This document shows positions 18,898 to 29,162 of a DNA stretch of 32,000 nucleotides, piece after piece. Under the pieces are notes generated by a model. That model saw only the letters and a program-made list of their open reading frames with translations. It was not told where the DNA came from and made no database searches. A program made the translations under genes and the position numbers. Where the stretch lies: positions 1,650,001 through 1,682,000 of the forward strand of contig NZ_CP047960.1 in the NCBI RefSeq assembly GCF_014280195.1. The letters run 5' to 3'. Position 1 is the stretch's first letter; every line of letters starts with the position of its first letter. The stretch comes from Synechococcus sp. A15-24 (GTDB taxonomy: Bacteria > Cyanobacteriota > Cyanobacteriia > PCC-6307 > Cyanobiaceae).

Positions 18898-20040
18898 GTG
18901 ATCGGGTACATCTCCGACAACCTGCTGATCCCGATCCTGGATTTCTTCTACGGATTGGTTCCCAGTTACGGCCTGGCGATCGTGGCCCTCACGATCGTCA
19001 TCCGCGTCGCCCTCTATCCCCTCAGCGCCGGATCGATCCGCAGCGCTCGGCGCATGCGCATTGCGCAGCCTGTGATCCAGAAGCGTCAGGCTGAAATCAA
19101 GAGCCGCTACGCCAATAACCTGCAGAAGCAGCAGGAGGAACTCGGCAAGGTGATGAAGGAGTTCGGTAGTCCTTTGGCGGGATGTCTGCCGTTGTTAGTG
19201 CAGATGCCGATCCTTTTCGCCCTTTTCGCCACCCTGAGGGGATCACCGTTCGCCGATGTTCCTTACACGATCAACCTCAAGGTTCTGCCAGCCGATCAGA
19301 TTGCTGCTGTGGAGCCCAAGCCTTTCAACAGCGCCAGCCATTCGATCTTCATTGCGGAAACCGATCACGTTCCCGTCATCGCCAGCCTCCCCCGCGGCAC
19401 AAAGCTTGGTGTAGGTGACAGCGCCACGGTCAATCTCCACACCAAAGACGGGAGGGGCTTCGATGACGTGCTCACCGCTGTGGACAACCCTTCAAGATTT
19501 GCCCCCAACTGGTCGATCACCAAGGGCGATGACGTAGTGAGCGTCAGCGATGACGGCACCATCACCGCCCTGGCCGCCGGTGACGCCACTGTGGAAGCCA
19601 AAATCCCTGGACTAGCGGCCCGCAGCGGTTTCCTGTTCATCAAGGCCCTGGGTCAGGTTGGCTTCTACGCCGACGGAGACATCAACTGGGATATCGCCAT
19701 CTTGGTTGGTGGTTTCGGACTCACTCTGTTCCTATCCCAGCTGTTGTCGGGGATGGGTATGCCGGCCAACCCACAGCAGGCCACTGCCAACAAGATCACC
19801 CCTGTGATGATCACGGGAATGTTCCTGTTCTTCCCGCTTCCCGCCGGCGTTCTGCTTTACATGGTGATCGCCAACATCTTCCAGGCGTTGCAGACCTTCC
19901 TGCTCACCCGTGAAGCGCTGCCGGACAACCTCCAGAAAATCCTTGACCAACAGATGACCCAGCAGACGGTGCCCGCCACAGCGACGTCGGCTGGCGCTGG
20001 CGATGCCCGCCTTCCCTTTGAACCCAAAGGCGGCAAATGA
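18898..20040 (+). CDS. yidC: Membrane protein insertase YidC
   Basis: GTG 18898 gives [43 protein letters not shown] and [19 protein letters not shown], total 380 aa. The track ORF start at 18715 overlaps the preceding gene. Confidence 0.92.
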   Translation: MIGYISDNLLIPILDFFYGLVPSYGLAIVALTIVIRVALYPLSAGSIRSARRMRIAQPVIQKRQAEIKSRYANNLQKQQEELGKVMKEFGSPLAGCLPLLVQMPILFALFATLRGSPFADVPYTINLKVLPADQIAAVEPKPFNSASHSIFIAETDHVPVIASLPRGTKLGVGDSATVNLHTKDGRGFDDVLTAVDNPSRFAPNWSITKGDDVVSVSDDGTITALAAGDATVEAKIPGLAARSGFLFIKALGQVGFYADGDINWDIAILVGGFGLTLFLSQLLSGMGMPANPQQATANKITPVMITGMFLFFPLPAGVLLYMVIANIFQALQTFLLTREALPDNLQKILDQQMTQQTVPATATSAGAGDARLPFEPKGGK

Positions 20041-20555
20041 TTGAAGGCCTAGAGCCTTTTCCCCTTCAGGAACTCCGGGTGCTGGGGGCTCCTCGCCACT
20101 GGTCCGTCGAAGGACATCTTGATCAACTGACGTCGTTGACCCCAGTGCGGGGCCAACTCAATGCCGAACATCGCGGCAACGTTCTGATCGTGGAAGGAGA
20201 GCTGTCCACCATCGTGAACCTCTGCTGTGACCGCTGTCTCGGCCAGTACAACCATCATCTCCGTTGCAGCAGCTCGGAATTGATCTGGCTGGGTCAATCA
20301 CCACCGACGGAGGAAGAGCTTCAAAACTCCGAGGACATCGCCGCGATGGAGGGGCTGGTCGAATGCCTCGATCCCAGGGGGGATTTCAATCCCCAGCAAT
20401 GGGTGTTCGAACAGCTGAACCTGCAGCTGCCTGTGGTGAATCACTGCGGCAAACACTGTCCGGGACCGACGATCCGCCCTGAAGCGTCTGTAGGAGCTTC
20501 AGCTGAACCGATCGATCCCCGCTGGGCTGCGCTGCGGGGTTTGCAACAGCCATGA
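20037..20555 (+). CDS. yceD: YceD/DUF177 family protein (large-subunit rRNA accumulation protein)
   Basis: The protein is 172 aa with [13 protein letters not shown] and a C-terminal [15 protein letters not shown] layout typical of DUF177. It has ATGA overlaps on both sides, at 20037 and 20552. Confidence 0.75.
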   Translation: MIEGLEPFPLQELRVLGAPRHWSVEGHLDQLTSLTPVRGQLNAEHRGNVLIVEGELSTIVNLCCDRCLGQYNHHLRCSSSELIWLGQSPPTEEELQNSEDIAAMEGLVECLDPRGDFNPQQWVFEQLNLQLPVVNHCGKHCPGPTIRPEASVGASAEPIDPRWAALRGLQQP

Positions 20556-22045
20556 CAGCTTGCACCAGCTGGTGTGATCAGTTCGATCTGCTGATCCGAG
20601 CGAGAACGGCTCTGATCTGGATCCGCAGCAACGAAGAAGCGCGGGTGGAAGCGCTATTGACGCAGACAGCTACCCGTTTGCAGCATCAGTTGGGTTGCTG
20701 GGATTTCATCGACGGCCTTCAAGGCGTTCTGAACGTTGAGGGGCTGGGGAGTCGTCAGCCGATGGCTGTTCTGCAGTGGTTGCGAGACTTGGACAGCAGC
20801 AGACCGACCCTTCTGCTGGTGAAGGACTTCCATCGCTTCTGCGATGACCCCGGCATCGCCCGGATGCTGCGCAACCTCCAACAAGCACTGCGCAGCACCG
20901 CCCATACGTTGGTTCTCTGCAGCGGCAGCTGGTCGCCGCCAACGGATCTGGACGAAACCCTCACCCTTCTCGATCTGCCGTTACCGGACACCGATGAGCT
21001 CCGCGGCCTGCTGAACACCATCAGCCTCAGCAGTGGCACCCCACTGGAGCCCACAGTGCTCGAGGAGCTCACGCGAGCCTGCAGCGGCCTCAGTGAACAG
21101 CGGGTCCGCCAGGTCGCGGCCCGAGCCCTGGCCCGTCGCGGTCAGCTTGGTGCTGCAGACCTGGAGGAAGTTCTCGAGGAGAAACGTCAGAGCATTGCCC
21201 GCAGTGAGGTGCTGGAGTTCTGCGTCACAGAGTCCGGCACCGAGGCGATCGGTGGCCTGGAGGCTCTCAAGGACTGGTTGCAGCAGCGTCATCGAGCCTT
21301 TTCCGACGAGGCCCGTCGCTTCGGACTGCCCATGCCACGGGGCGTGCTGCTGGTGGGCCCCCAGGGAACCGGCAAATCCCTCACAGCGAAAGCCATCGCC
21401 CGCAGCTGGTCGATGCCCCTGCTTCGTCTGGATGTGGGGCGTCTGTTTGCCGGACTCGTCGGTGCCAGTGAGGCCCGCACCCGCGAAACGATCCAGCGGG
21501 CGGAAGCCATGGCGCCGTGTGTGCTCTGGATTGATGAGATCGACAAGGGCTTCGGTGGTGATGGCCGCAGTGACGGGGGTACGAGTCAACGGGTGCTGGC
21601 CAGCGTGCTCACCTGGATGGCCGAAAAACAGTCTCCGGTGTTCGTTGTCGCCACGGCCAACGGTGTCGACCAGCTGCCACCCGAACTGCTTCGGAAGGGG
21701 CGCTTTGACGAAATCTTCCTGTTGGACCTCCCCTCGATGGAGGAGCGACGCAGCATTCTCAGCCTGCATCTCAATCGACGCCGCCCAGGTCTGCAGCTGC
21801 CGCTGGACACGGTGATCAGCCGGTGCGAAGGGTTCTCCGGCGCCGAGCTGGAACAGACCGTGATCGAAGCGATGCATCTGGCATTCGCAGAAGGCCGTGA
21901 GCTGAATGAAACCGACCTGATCCGTGCTGCCTCACAGCTGATCCCCTTGTCCAGAACGGCACGAGAACAACTGGAAGCCCTCCAGGCTTGGGCCTCCAGC
22001 GGCCGCGCCCGGCCGGCGTCCATTGCGGGACGTAAAGAAGCCTGA
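20552..22045 (+). CDS. ycf46: AAA+ ATPase, Ycf46-like
   Basis: The protein is 497 aa. A C-terminal AAA module carries Walker A GPQGTGKS, Walker B VLWIDEIDK, VVATAN, LLRKGRFDEIF and SGAELE. The N-terminal non-ATPase domain is about 250 aa. The size and architecture match cyanobacterial/plastid Ycf46 as I recall it. Confidence 0.75.
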   Translation: MTACTSWCDQFDLLIRARTALIWIRSNEEARVEALLTQTATRLQHQLGCWDFIDGLQGVLNVEGLGSRQPMAVLQWLRDLDSSRPTLLLVKDFHRFCDDPGIARMLRNLQQALRSTAHTLVLCSGSWSPPTDLDETLTLLDLPLPDTDELRGLLNTISLSSGTPLEPTVLEELTRACSGLSEQRVRQVAARALARRGQLGAADLEEVLEEKRQSIARSEVLEFCVTESGTEAIGGLEALKDWLQQRHRAFSDEARRFGLPMPRGVLLVGPQGTGKSLTAKAIARSWSMPLLRLDVGRLFAGLVGASEARTRETIQRAEAMAPCVLWIDEIDKGFGGDGRSDGGTSQRVLASVLTWMAEKQSPVFVVATANGVDQLPPELLRKGRFDEIFLLDLPSMEERRSILSLHLNRRRPGLQLPLDTVISRCEGFSGAELEQTVIEAMHLAFAEGRELNETDLIRAASQLIPLSRTAREQLEALQAWASSGRARPASIAGRKEA

Positions 22046-22123
22046 CCCCACGTAACGAAGCAAGCTTCAGGTGAAGACGCGGTTAAAAGCGATCCCTACG
22101 GTCCGATCAATCGATTTCAACCC

Positions 22124-22285
22124 GTGGAACGCCCGAACGACATCACCACCCAGCTCGCAGTGGCCTGTCTTGGCGCTGGCGTCATCACCACCGTGGCCGT
22201 GGCCCAGGGACAGAATCCGATCACAGCTCTCGGCATCACCGTGTTCTCTGCCGTAGCTGCTGTGATGCTCGGACAAGTTCTCTGA
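22124..22285 (+). CDS. Small (53 aa) two-helix membrane protein, unknown function
   Basis: My own translation from GTG 22124 is MERPNDITTQLAVACLGAGVITTVAVAQGQNPITALGITVFSAVAAVMLGQVL*. Third codon positions are strongly G/C-rich in this frame. The 76-aa track ORF 22067..22297(-) is its codon-aligned antisense shadow. The start codon is uncertain. Confidence 0.5.
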   Translation: MERPNDITTQLAVACLGAGVITTVAVAQGQNPITALGITVFSAVAAVMLGQVL

Positions 22286-22326
22286 TCGGCTTGCCATAGG
22301 CTGCCGGCGCCTCCTCTGCAGGATCC

Positions 22327-23604
22327 GTGCTCGACCAGCGCCTGGTGCGTGAGAATCCCGACGTCATTGCCACTGAATTGGGGCGTCGGGGGAAATCCGT
22401 TGATCTCACCCGGCTTCAGGTGATCGCTCAGCAGCAGCGCAAGCTTGAGGAAGAACGCAGTGGCCTCCAGGCCGAAGGCAACCGCATCGGCAAGGAGGTC
22501 GGCCAGAAGATCAAAGGGGGTGCCGACCCCAAAGGGGAAGAGGTCGCTGAACTCAGGCAGCAGGGCAACGCCATCAAACAGAAGGTGGCGGTGCTGGAAG
22601 AAGAGGAGAAGCACCTCTCCACGCAACTGAAGGAACAACTGCTCACCTACCCCAACCTGCCTTCACCGGACTGTCCGGAGGGAAAGGACGAGAGCGACAA
22701 CGTCGAGCTGCGCCGCTGGGGCAGCCCAAGACAGGAGGAAGGGCTGGAGGAGCACTGGCAGATCGCCGAACGACTCCACTTATTCGACACTGAGCGATCC
22801 GTCCGCATCGCCCAGAGCCGTTTTGTCACCTTGATAGGACATGGCGCTCGGGTGGAACGGGGACTGATCAATTTCATGCTGGACCTGCACACCAGCAAGG
22901 GCTACCGAGAAGTGATGCCTCCGGTGCTGGTGAACAGCGCCAGCCTCACGGGATCGGGGCAGCTGCCCAAATTCGCCGATGACTGCTTCCGTTGCTCGGA
23001 GGACGACCTCTGGCTGACCCCAACCGCCGAGGTGCCGGTGACCTCACTGCATCGCGACGAGATCATTCCCGCCGATCAGCTGCCGCTCCGCTACGCGGCC
23101 TACACCCCATGTTTCCGCCGGGAAGCCGGCAGTTACGGACGTGACACTCGCGGGCTGATTCGTCTGCACCAGTTCAACAAGGTTGAGCTCTACTGGTTCA
23201 CCCACCCGGACCATTCCGCAGAAGCCCACGCTCAGATCACCGCCGATGCGGAAGCCGTTCTTCAGGCACTGGAACTTCCCTACAGGGTTCTTGATCTCTG
23301 CACAGCAGACATCGGCTTCTCAGCGCAACGCACCTACGACCTCGAGGTCTGGTTGCCGGGTGCAGCGGCTTACCGGGAGATCTCCAGCTGCAGCGTGTGC
23401 GGAGATTTCCAGGCCCGCCGTTCTGCCATTCGTACCAAGGAAGGCAAATCCACAAAACTCGTGCACACCCTCAACGGCAGTGGACTGGCTGTGGGGCGCA
23501 CGATGGCGGCTCTGCTGGAAACCGGCCAGCAATCCGATGGCAGCGTTCTGCTGCCGAAAGCTCTGGTGCCCTACGTCGGCTGTGAACGACTCCAGCCAGA
23601 ATGA
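22327..23604 (+). CDS. serS: Serine--tRNA ligase
   Basis: The protein is 425 aa with an N-terminal coiled-coil arm. The class II motifs include FRREAGSYGRDTRGLIRLHQF and GSGLAVGRTMAALLE. It has a GTG start. Confidence 0.97.
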   Translation: MLDQRLVRENPDVIATELGRRGKSVDLTRLQVIAQQQRKLEEERSGLQAEGNRIGKEVGQKIKGGADPKGEEVAELRQQGNAIKQKVAVLEEEEKHLSTQLKEQLLTYPNLPSPDCPEGKDESDNVELRRWGSPRQEEGLEEHWQIAERLHLFDTERSVRIAQSRFVTLIGHGARVERGLINFMLDLHTSKGYREVMPPVLVNSASLTGSGQLPKFADDCFRCSEDDLWLTPTAEVPVTSLHRDEIIPADQLPLRYAAYTPCFRREAGSYGRDTRGLIRLHQFNKVELYWFTHPDHSAEAHAQITADAEAVLQALELPYRVLDLCTADIGFSAQRTYDLEVWLPGAAAYREISSCSVCGDFQARRSAIRTKEGKSTKLVHTLNGSGLAVGRTMAALLETGQQSDGSVLLPKALVPYVGCERLQPE

Positions 23605-23628
23605 CTCGATTGCGCGATTGAGAACGGC

Positions 23629-24714
23629 ATGAATGTGTTCGCGGCTCTGGCCGTTCTGGCGCTGCTGATCGTTGTTCACGAGGCCGGTCATTTCCTTGCA
23701 GCCACCCTGCAGGGGATCCGGGTCAGCGGCTTTTCAATCGGCTTTGGCCCGGCACTGATCAAACGCCAGCGGCGCGGAGTCACCTACGCGATTAGGGCCC
23801 TGCCCCTGGGGGGGTTCGTCGCCTTTCCAGACGACGACGAGGACAGCACCATTCCTGCTGACGACCCGGACCTGCTGCGCAACCGCCCCATCCCGCAGCG
23901 AGCCCTCGTGATCGCTGCGGGAGTGCTGGCCAACCTGCTGCTGGCGCTCGTGGTCTTGTTTGGACAGGCTGCCCTGGTGGGGTTGCCTGCGGAACCTGAT
24001 CCAGGGGTGCTAGTGGTGGCGGTTCAACCGGGAGGAGCCGCTGATCGCGCTGGGCTGACCCCAGGTGATCGTGTCCTCAGCTTGGAAGGAGACCTTCTTT
24101 CCGCAGGCCAGGAGGGCGTCAGATCCATGGTGGAGACAATCAAAAGCTCCCCCGATCAGACGCTCAAGCTTGAGCGCGAGAGGGATCAGCGATTGGAGGT
24201 GATCAGCATGACGCCGCTCAACCAACAGGGGCAGGGACGCATCGGCGCTCAGCTTCAAATGAACCTCAGCGGGGAAGCCAGGACAGCAGCCAACCCAGGA
24301 GAGCTGTTCAGCTACACCCTCGGGCAATTTCAGAACCTGCTGAAGCAGACGGTGGCAGGTTATGGAGGCCTGATCACCAACTTCCGGGCCACCGCGAGTC
24401 AGGTGAGTGGTCCGGTGAAGATCGTGGAAATGGGGGCCCAGCTCAGTGAGCAGGGAGGTTCAGGCCTTGTGCTGTTCATGGCGCTGATCTCAATCAATCT
24501 GGCGGTGCTGAACGCCCTGCCTCTGCCGCTGCTGGACGGCGGACAGATGCTGCTCCTGGTGATTGAGGCCATCCGGGGTCGCCCAGTGCCTGAGCGTCTG
24601 CAACTGGCAGTGGCTCAATCGGGTTTCCTGTTGATCGTTGGATTGACCTTGGTGCTGATCGTGCGGGACACCAGCCAGTTGTCCGTGGTTCAGCAGCTGA
24701 TGGGAGGTCGCTGA
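23629..24714 (+). CDS. rseP: Site-2 protease RseP (peptidase M50) with PDZ domain
   Basis: It has the HEAGHF zinc motif, a PDZ segment ([20 protein letters not shown]) and the [12 protein letters not shown] motif. Confidence 0.9.
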   Translation: MNVFAALAVLALLIVVHEAGHFLAATLQGIRVSGFSIGFGPALIKRQRRGVTYAIRALPLGGFVAFPDDDEDSTIPADDPDLLRNRPIPQRALVIAAGVLANLLLALVVLFGQAALVGLPAEPDPGVLVVAVQPGGAADRAGLTPGDRVLSLEGDLLSAGQEGVRSMVETIKSSPDQTLKLERERDQRLEVISMTPLNQQGQGRIGAQLQMNLSGEARTAANPGELFSYTLGQFQNLLKQTVAGYGGLITNFRATASQVSGPVKIVEMGAQLSEQGGSGLVLFMALISINLAVLNALPLPLLDGGQMLLLVIEAIRGRPVPERLQLAVAQSGFLLIVGLTLVLIVRDTSQLSVVQQLMGGR

Positions 24715-24773
24715 TTACGAAGAGTGCCGCCGTGTATGCTCCTTGGTTCGTCCTACCGCCGCTCCAGAGCTGC

Positions 24774-25076
24774 ATGGCTAAGAAGTCGATGATCGCCCGC
24801 GACGTCAAGCGCAAGAAAATGGCCGAGCGATATGCGGCCAAGCGTGCGGCGCTGATGGCGGCGTTCAATGCAGCGGACGATCCCATGGATCGTCTGGAGA
24901 TTCATCGCAAGATTCAGGCGCTGCCCAGGAACAGTGCCCCCAGCCGCATCCGCAATCGTTGCTGGGCCACCGGTAAACCCCGTGGCTACTATCGCGACTT
25001 CGGCCTCTGCCGTAACCAACTGCGCGAGCGAGCACACAAAGGCGAACTCCCCGGCGTTGTGAAGTCCAGCTGGTGA
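24774..25076 (+). CDS. rpsN: 30S ribosomal protein S14
   Basis: From ATG 24774 the sequence reads [24 protein letters not shown]...[28 protein letters not shown]...W (100 aa). Confidence 0.95.
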   Translation: MAKKSMIARDVKRKKMAERYAAKRAALMAAFNAADDPMDRLEIHRKIQALPRNSAPSRIRNRCWATGKPRGYYRDFGLCRNQLRERAHKGELPGVVKSSW

Positions 25077-25112
25077 GATTCGCTGTTGACCCAACAGCAT
25101 GAATGGTTCTGC

Positions 25113-25138
25113 AAAGGGAGCTTCGGCTCCCTTTTTTG
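25113..25138 (+). terminator. Intrinsic terminator after rpsN
   Basis: The sequence AAAGGGAGC-TTCG-GCTCCC-TTTTTT forms a perfect 6-bp GC-rich stem with a UUCG tetraloop and a T6 tract, 37 nt after the rpsN stop. Confidence 0.8.
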
Positions 25139-25194
25139 GTGAGCGGATGCGGTGAAATGTCAAACTATCGGTTGACAAGTGGACATAAACCGTC

Positions 25195-27360
25195 GTGCAA
25201 GGACAAACCCAGTCGATCTCCTTTGATGGACGCGAGATTCGACTGACCACCGGACGTTTTGCCCCCCAGGCGGGCGGATCCGTTCTTGTTGAATGCGGCG
25301 ACACTGCCGTCCTGGTGACCGCCACCCGTTCCGGCGGACGAGAGGGCATCGATTTTCTGCCTCTCATCTGCGATTACGAGGAGCGGCTCTACGCCGCTGG
25401 TCGGATCCCCGGCAGCTACCAGCGACGTGAAGGTCGCCCCCCCGAGCGGGCCACCCTCACTGCCCGTCTGATTGACCGGCCGATGCGGCCCCTGTTCCCA
25501 GGCTGGCTGCGGGATGACCTTCAGGTGGTCGCCACCTGTCTATCCCTGGACGAACGTGTCCCGTCGGATGTGCTGGCCGTAACCGGTGCCTCCATTGCCA
25601 CGCTGCTGGCGGGCATTCCCTTCAACGGTCCGATGGCAGCCGTGAGGGTGGGCCTACTCGGCGATGACTTCGTGCTCAACCCGAGTTACCGCGAAATTGA
25701 ACGCGGGGACCTCGATCTGATCGTCGCTGGCACCCCGGATGGTGTGGTGATGGTGGAGGCCGGTGGCAACCAGCTACCCGAACAGGATGTGATCGAAGCG
25801 ATCGACTTCGGTTACGAAGCAATCTGCGAATTGATCAAAGCCCAGGAGCAACTGCTGAAGGATCTGGGCATCGAACAGGTGAAGCCGGAGACCCCCAAGC
25901 AGGACACCACAGTGCCGGCTTACCTGGAGAAGCAGTGCACCAAAGCGATCAGCGAGGTGCTGAAGAAATTCGACCACACCAAGGATGAGCGCGACAAGGC
26001 CCTGGATGCCATCAAGGCGGAAGCCGCTGAAGCCATCGCCGGCCTGAAGGAGGACGATGCCATCCGTGTGGCCACCGCCTCCAATTCGAAGCTGCTCGGT
26101 AACAGCTTCAAAGCGCTGACCAAAACCCTGATGCGCCAGCAGATCCTCAAAGACGGCAAGCGAGTCGATGGTCGCGCCCTGGATGAGGTGCGCGCCATCA
26201 GTGCCTTGGCTGGGGTCCTCCCTCGACGGGTCCATGGTTCCGGCCTGTTCCAACGTGGTCTCACCCAGGTGCTCTCCACCGCCACCCTGGGCACACCCAG
26301 CGATGCCCAGGAGATGGATGACCTCCATCCCAGCACCGAGAAGCTGTACCTGCACCACTACAACTTCCCGCCTTATTCCGTCGGCGAAACCCGACCGATG
26401 CGCTCCCCCGGACGCCGCGAAATTGGCCATGGCGCCCTGGCCGAACGGGCCATCCTGCCGGTGCTACCCGCCAAGGACACCTTCCCTTACGTGGTGCGGG
26501 TGGTGAGTGAAGTACTCAGTTCCAACGGCTCCACCTCGATGGGCTCCGTCTGCGGCAGCACCCTGTCGCTGATGGATGCTGGCGTCCCCCTCAAGGCACC
26601 GGTGAGCGGTGCGGCCATGGGCTTGATCAAGGAGGACGATGACATCCGCATCCTCACGGACATCCAGGGAATCGAGGATTTCCTCGGCGACATGGATTTC
26701 AAAGTCGCTGGCAGCGAGAAGGGCATCACGGCCCTGCAGATGGACATGAAGATCACCGGTCTGCCGGTGAAAACGATCGCCGAGGCGATCAACCAGGCCC
26801 GTCCAGCCCGTCTGCACATCCTTGAGAAGATGCTGGAGGCGATCGACACACCACGCGAAGGCCTGTCCCCCCATGCTCCGCGCCTGCTGAGTTTCCGGAT
26901 CGATCCCGAGCTGATCGGCACGGTGATCGGTCCTGGTGGGCGCACGATCAAAGGCATCACAGAGCGCACCAACACCAAGATCGACATCGAGGACAGCGGC
27001 ATCGTCACCATCGCCTCCCATGACGGTGCGGCGGCTGATGAAGCTCAGAAGATCATCGAAGGCCTCACCCGCAAAGTGAATGAAGGCGAGGTGTTCTCCG
27101 GATCGATCACCCGGATCATCCCCATCGGTGCCTTCGTCGAGATCCTGCCCGGCAAGGAAGGCATGATCCACATTTCTCAACTCTCCGAAGCTCGGGTGGA
27201 GAAGGTGGAGGACGTCGTGAAGGTGGGTGACGAGGTCACCGTGCGTGTTCGGGAAATCGACAACCGCGGTCGTATCAACCTCACCCTGCGGGGCGTGCCC
27301 CAGAGCGGCGACGGTGCCGGGGAGGAGCCTCAGCCCACCCCGGTGGCACCGCTGAGCTGA
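25195..27360 (+). CDS. pnp: Polyribonucleotide nucleotidyltransferase (PNPase)
   Basis: The protein is 721 aa with two RNase PH domains, a KH domain ([10 protein letters not shown]) and an S1 domain ([33 protein letters not shown]). It has a GTG start. Confidence 0.97.
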   Translation: MQGQTQSISFDGREIRLTTGRFAPQAGGSVLVECGDTAVLVTATRSGGREGIDFLPLICDYEERLYAAGRIPGSYQRREGRPPERATLTARLIDRPMRPLFPGWLRDDLQVVATCLSLDERVPSDVLAVTGASIATLLAGIPFNGPMAAVRVGLLGDDFVLNPSYREIERGDLDLIVAGTPDGVVMVEAGGNQLPEQDVIEAIDFGYEAICELIKAQEQLLKDLGIEQVKPETPKQDTTVPAYLEKQCTKAISEVLKKFDHTKDERDKALDAIKAEAAEAIAGLKEDDAIRVATASNSKLLGNSFKALTKTLMRQQILKDGKRVDGRALDEVRAISALAGVLPRRVHGSGLFQRGLTQVLSTATLGTPSDAQEMDDLHPSTEKLYLHHYNFPPYSVGETRPMRSPGRREIGHGALAERAILPVLPAKDTFPYVVRVVSEVLSSNGSTSMGSVCGSTLSLMDAGVPLKAPVSGAAMGLIKEDDDIRILTDIQGIEDFLGDMDFKVAGSEKGITALQMDMKITGLPVKTIAEAINQARPARLHILEKMLEAIDTPREGLSPHAPRLLSFRIDPELIGTVIGPGGRTIKGITERTNTKIDIEDSGIVTIASHDGAAADEAQKIIEGLTRKVNEGEVFSGSITRIIPIGAFVEILPGKEGMIHISQLSEARVEKVEDVVKVGDEVTVRVREIDNRGRINLTLRGVPQSGDGAGEEPQPTPVAPLS

Positions 27361-28278
27361 TCAAACCTGAAAGCCGGGATCGACCTCGGCCATCGCCCGC
27401 GTCGCACGCTCTCCGAGCTCGGCATGGGCTTTTCCATGGCTGGCGATCAGGCAACCGGCCTGACGCACATCGCCAGTGTTGTAAGCGAGGTCCGTCTGAT
27501 CAGCGTGCGTGAAGCGTCCACCGGCCGCCAGCAACACGGCCTCAGGGGCCGCCATGTCCCAATCCTTGGGGGCACTGCGTCCGGATAGGGAGACGTAGAG
27601 GTCGGTTTCGCCTCGCAGGATGGTGGCAACCTTGTAACCAACGCTGCCCACTGCCTTGGAACCGCCAAGCACGAGGGCGTCAATCAGCTTCACCAGACGG
27701 TCGTCGCGGTGGCTGCGGCTGGCCACCAGGATCAGATCCGAAACAGCGGTTCTATCGCTGAAGCGAACCGGCGAGCGCTCACCCTGACGGTCTTCGCACC
27801 AGGCGCCCTCGCCGACGATGCCGATCCAAAGCTCATCGGCTTCCGGCAACAGCACCACCCCCAGCACGGGACGATGCCCCCGCACCAGTGCCAGATGAAC
27901 GGCGTATTCGCCTGTGCCCTGGAGGAAATCCTTGGTGCCGTCCAAGGGATCCAGGATCCAGAGCCACTCCGCCTGCAACGGTTGGCCTTCCGTGAGCTGC
28001 TCCTTGGCCGTTTCTTCACTGAGCAGAGTCCAGTCAGCCTTAGGAAACGCAGCTGACAAGCCATCCAGCAGCCATTGGTTCACGGCCAGATCAGCAGCAG
28101 ACACAGGGCCTTCACCGCCATCGTCGACGCTGAGAGCCTTGGGGAATCCATGGGGCGGTTGCTCGCCGCGGGCATAGGCCCTCAGGATGTCGGCAGCCCC
28201 CCAGCTGAGGAGACGGAGTTCTGACAACAGAACGTCCTGGTTGACGCCGGCAGGCAGGACGGCAGGGCTTGGCATCAT
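27361..28278 (-). CDS. cysQ: Inositol monophosphatase family protein, CysQ-like 3'(2'),5'-bisphosphate nucleotidase
   Basis: It has LSEE, WILDPLDGTKDF and KDWDMAAPEAVLLAAGG motifs. The start MMPSPAVL at 28278 is preferred, because the track start at 28383 would overlap rsmI. Confidence 0.75.
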   Translation of the reverse strand: MMPSPAVLPAGVNQDVLLSELRLLSWGAADILRAYARGEQPPHGFPKALSVDDGGEGPVSAADLAVNQWLLDGLSAAFPKADWTLLSEETAKEQLTEGQPLQAEWLWILDPLDGTKDFLQGTGEYAVHLALVRGHRPVLGVVLLPEADELWIGIVGEGAWCEDRQGERSPVRFSDRTAVSDLILVASRSHRDDRLVKLIDALVLGGSKAVGSVGYKVATILRGETDLYVSLSGRSAPKDWDMAAPEAVLLAAGGRFTHADQTDLAYNTGDVRQAGCLIASHGKAHAELGERATRAMAEVDPGFQV

Positions 28279-28304
28279 GATCAGAACAGGCGCTGGCCAT
28301 TGTG

Positions 28305-29162
28305 ATGCAGCGGGACGAGCCAGCCTCGGGATGCCTGTATCTCGTGGGCACACCCATCGGTCACCTTGGTGATCTCTCACCAAGAGCCAAAGCGGTATTG
28401 GCTGGGGTGACCGTCATTGCCTGTGAAGACACGCGCCACAGCGGCCAGCTGCTCAGCAGCCTGCAAGCCAGCGGCCGCAAGCTGTCCTTCCACCAGCACA
28501 ACACACGCACCCGTCTACCGCAGTTGCTGCAGGCGCTGAGCGAGGGCGACAGCGTGGCGGTGATCAGCGACGCCGGACTTCCCGGCATCAGCGACCCCGG
28601 CGAAGAACTGGCAGCGGAAGCGCGTAGCGCAGGCTTTGAAGTGATCTGCATCCCTGGCCCCTGCGCCGCTACGACGGCTCTGGTCAGCAGTGGACTGCCC
28701 AGTGGCCGCTTCTGCTTCGAGGGATTCCTGCCGGTTAAAGGAAAAGAACGTCGACAGCGCTTGGAGCAGATCGCGAGCGAGCCGAGAACCACCGTGCTCT
28801 ACGAAGCACCGCACCGATTGCTGCCTCTCCTCCAAAGCCTGGAGGAGCACTGTGGTGCCGAGCGCCCTCTGCAGGTGGCGCGGGAGCTGACCAAGCGACA
28901 CGAACAGCAGGTTGGACCAACCATCGCGGCCGCTCTAGAGCACTTTCAGACGCAACGCCCCCAAGGGGAATTCACCCTTGTACTGGGGGGGTGCCCAGAA
29001 CAAACACCATCAGAACCTGATGACAGTGAACTGCTGGCGCGATTGCAGGAATGCATCGCTAACGGTGCTAGCGCCAGTGATGCAGCTCGGCAGCTCGCCC
29101 TGGAGAGCGGCATCAGCCGCCGACGCTTGTATGCATTGATTCACCAGGACCCGTCAGAATGA
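28305..29162 (+). CDS. rsmI: 16S rRNA (cytidine1402-2'-O)-methyltransferase
   Basis: It has the GCLYLVGTPIGHLGDLSPRA N-terminus, CEDTRHSGQLL and a tetrapyrrole-methylase fold pattern. The start is ATG 28305, or GTG 28302. Confidence 0.9.
   Translation: MQRDEPASGCLYLVGTPIGHLGDLSPRAKAVLAGVTVIACEDTRHSGQLLSSLQASGRKLSFHQHNTRTRLPQLLQALSEGDSVAVISDAGLPGISDPGEELAAEARSAGFEVICIPGPCAATTALVSSGLPSGRFCFEGFLPVKGKERRQRLEQIASEPRTTVLYEAPHRLLPLLQSLEEHCGAERPLQVARELTKRHEQQVGPTIAAALEHFQTQRPQGEFTLVLGGCPEQTPSEPDDSELLARLQECIANGASASDAARQLALESGISRRRLYALIHQDPSE

Noticed and set aside
20981-21877. Long ORFs antisense to or nested within confidently identified genes. Examples are 20981..21877(-), 25774..26430(-), 26464..27180(-), 24753..25367(-), 3368..4231(+), 472..1125(-), 1379..2386(-), 838..1470(+) and 9143..10237(+).
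   Set aside because: They are Arg/Pro/Gly/Ala-rich, low-complexity translations lying opposite genes with clear family motifs. These are the expected stop-codon-poor shadow frames of 60-68% GC DNA, and none shows a recognisable motif.
22067-22297. The 76-aa minus-strand ORF, and the 61-aa plus ORF 22071..22256, between ycf46 and serS.
   Set aside because: The G/C third-position bias and clean transmembrane helices favour the other plus frame (22124..22285). The minus ORF is its codon-aligned antisense shadow.
25172-25177. A perfect TTGACA hexamer upstream of pnp as a -35 box.
   Set aside because: A -10 box at proper spacing would fall on or after the GTG start codon (25195). The N-terminus from that GTG matches PNPase, so the geometry does not fit a promoter for pnp.
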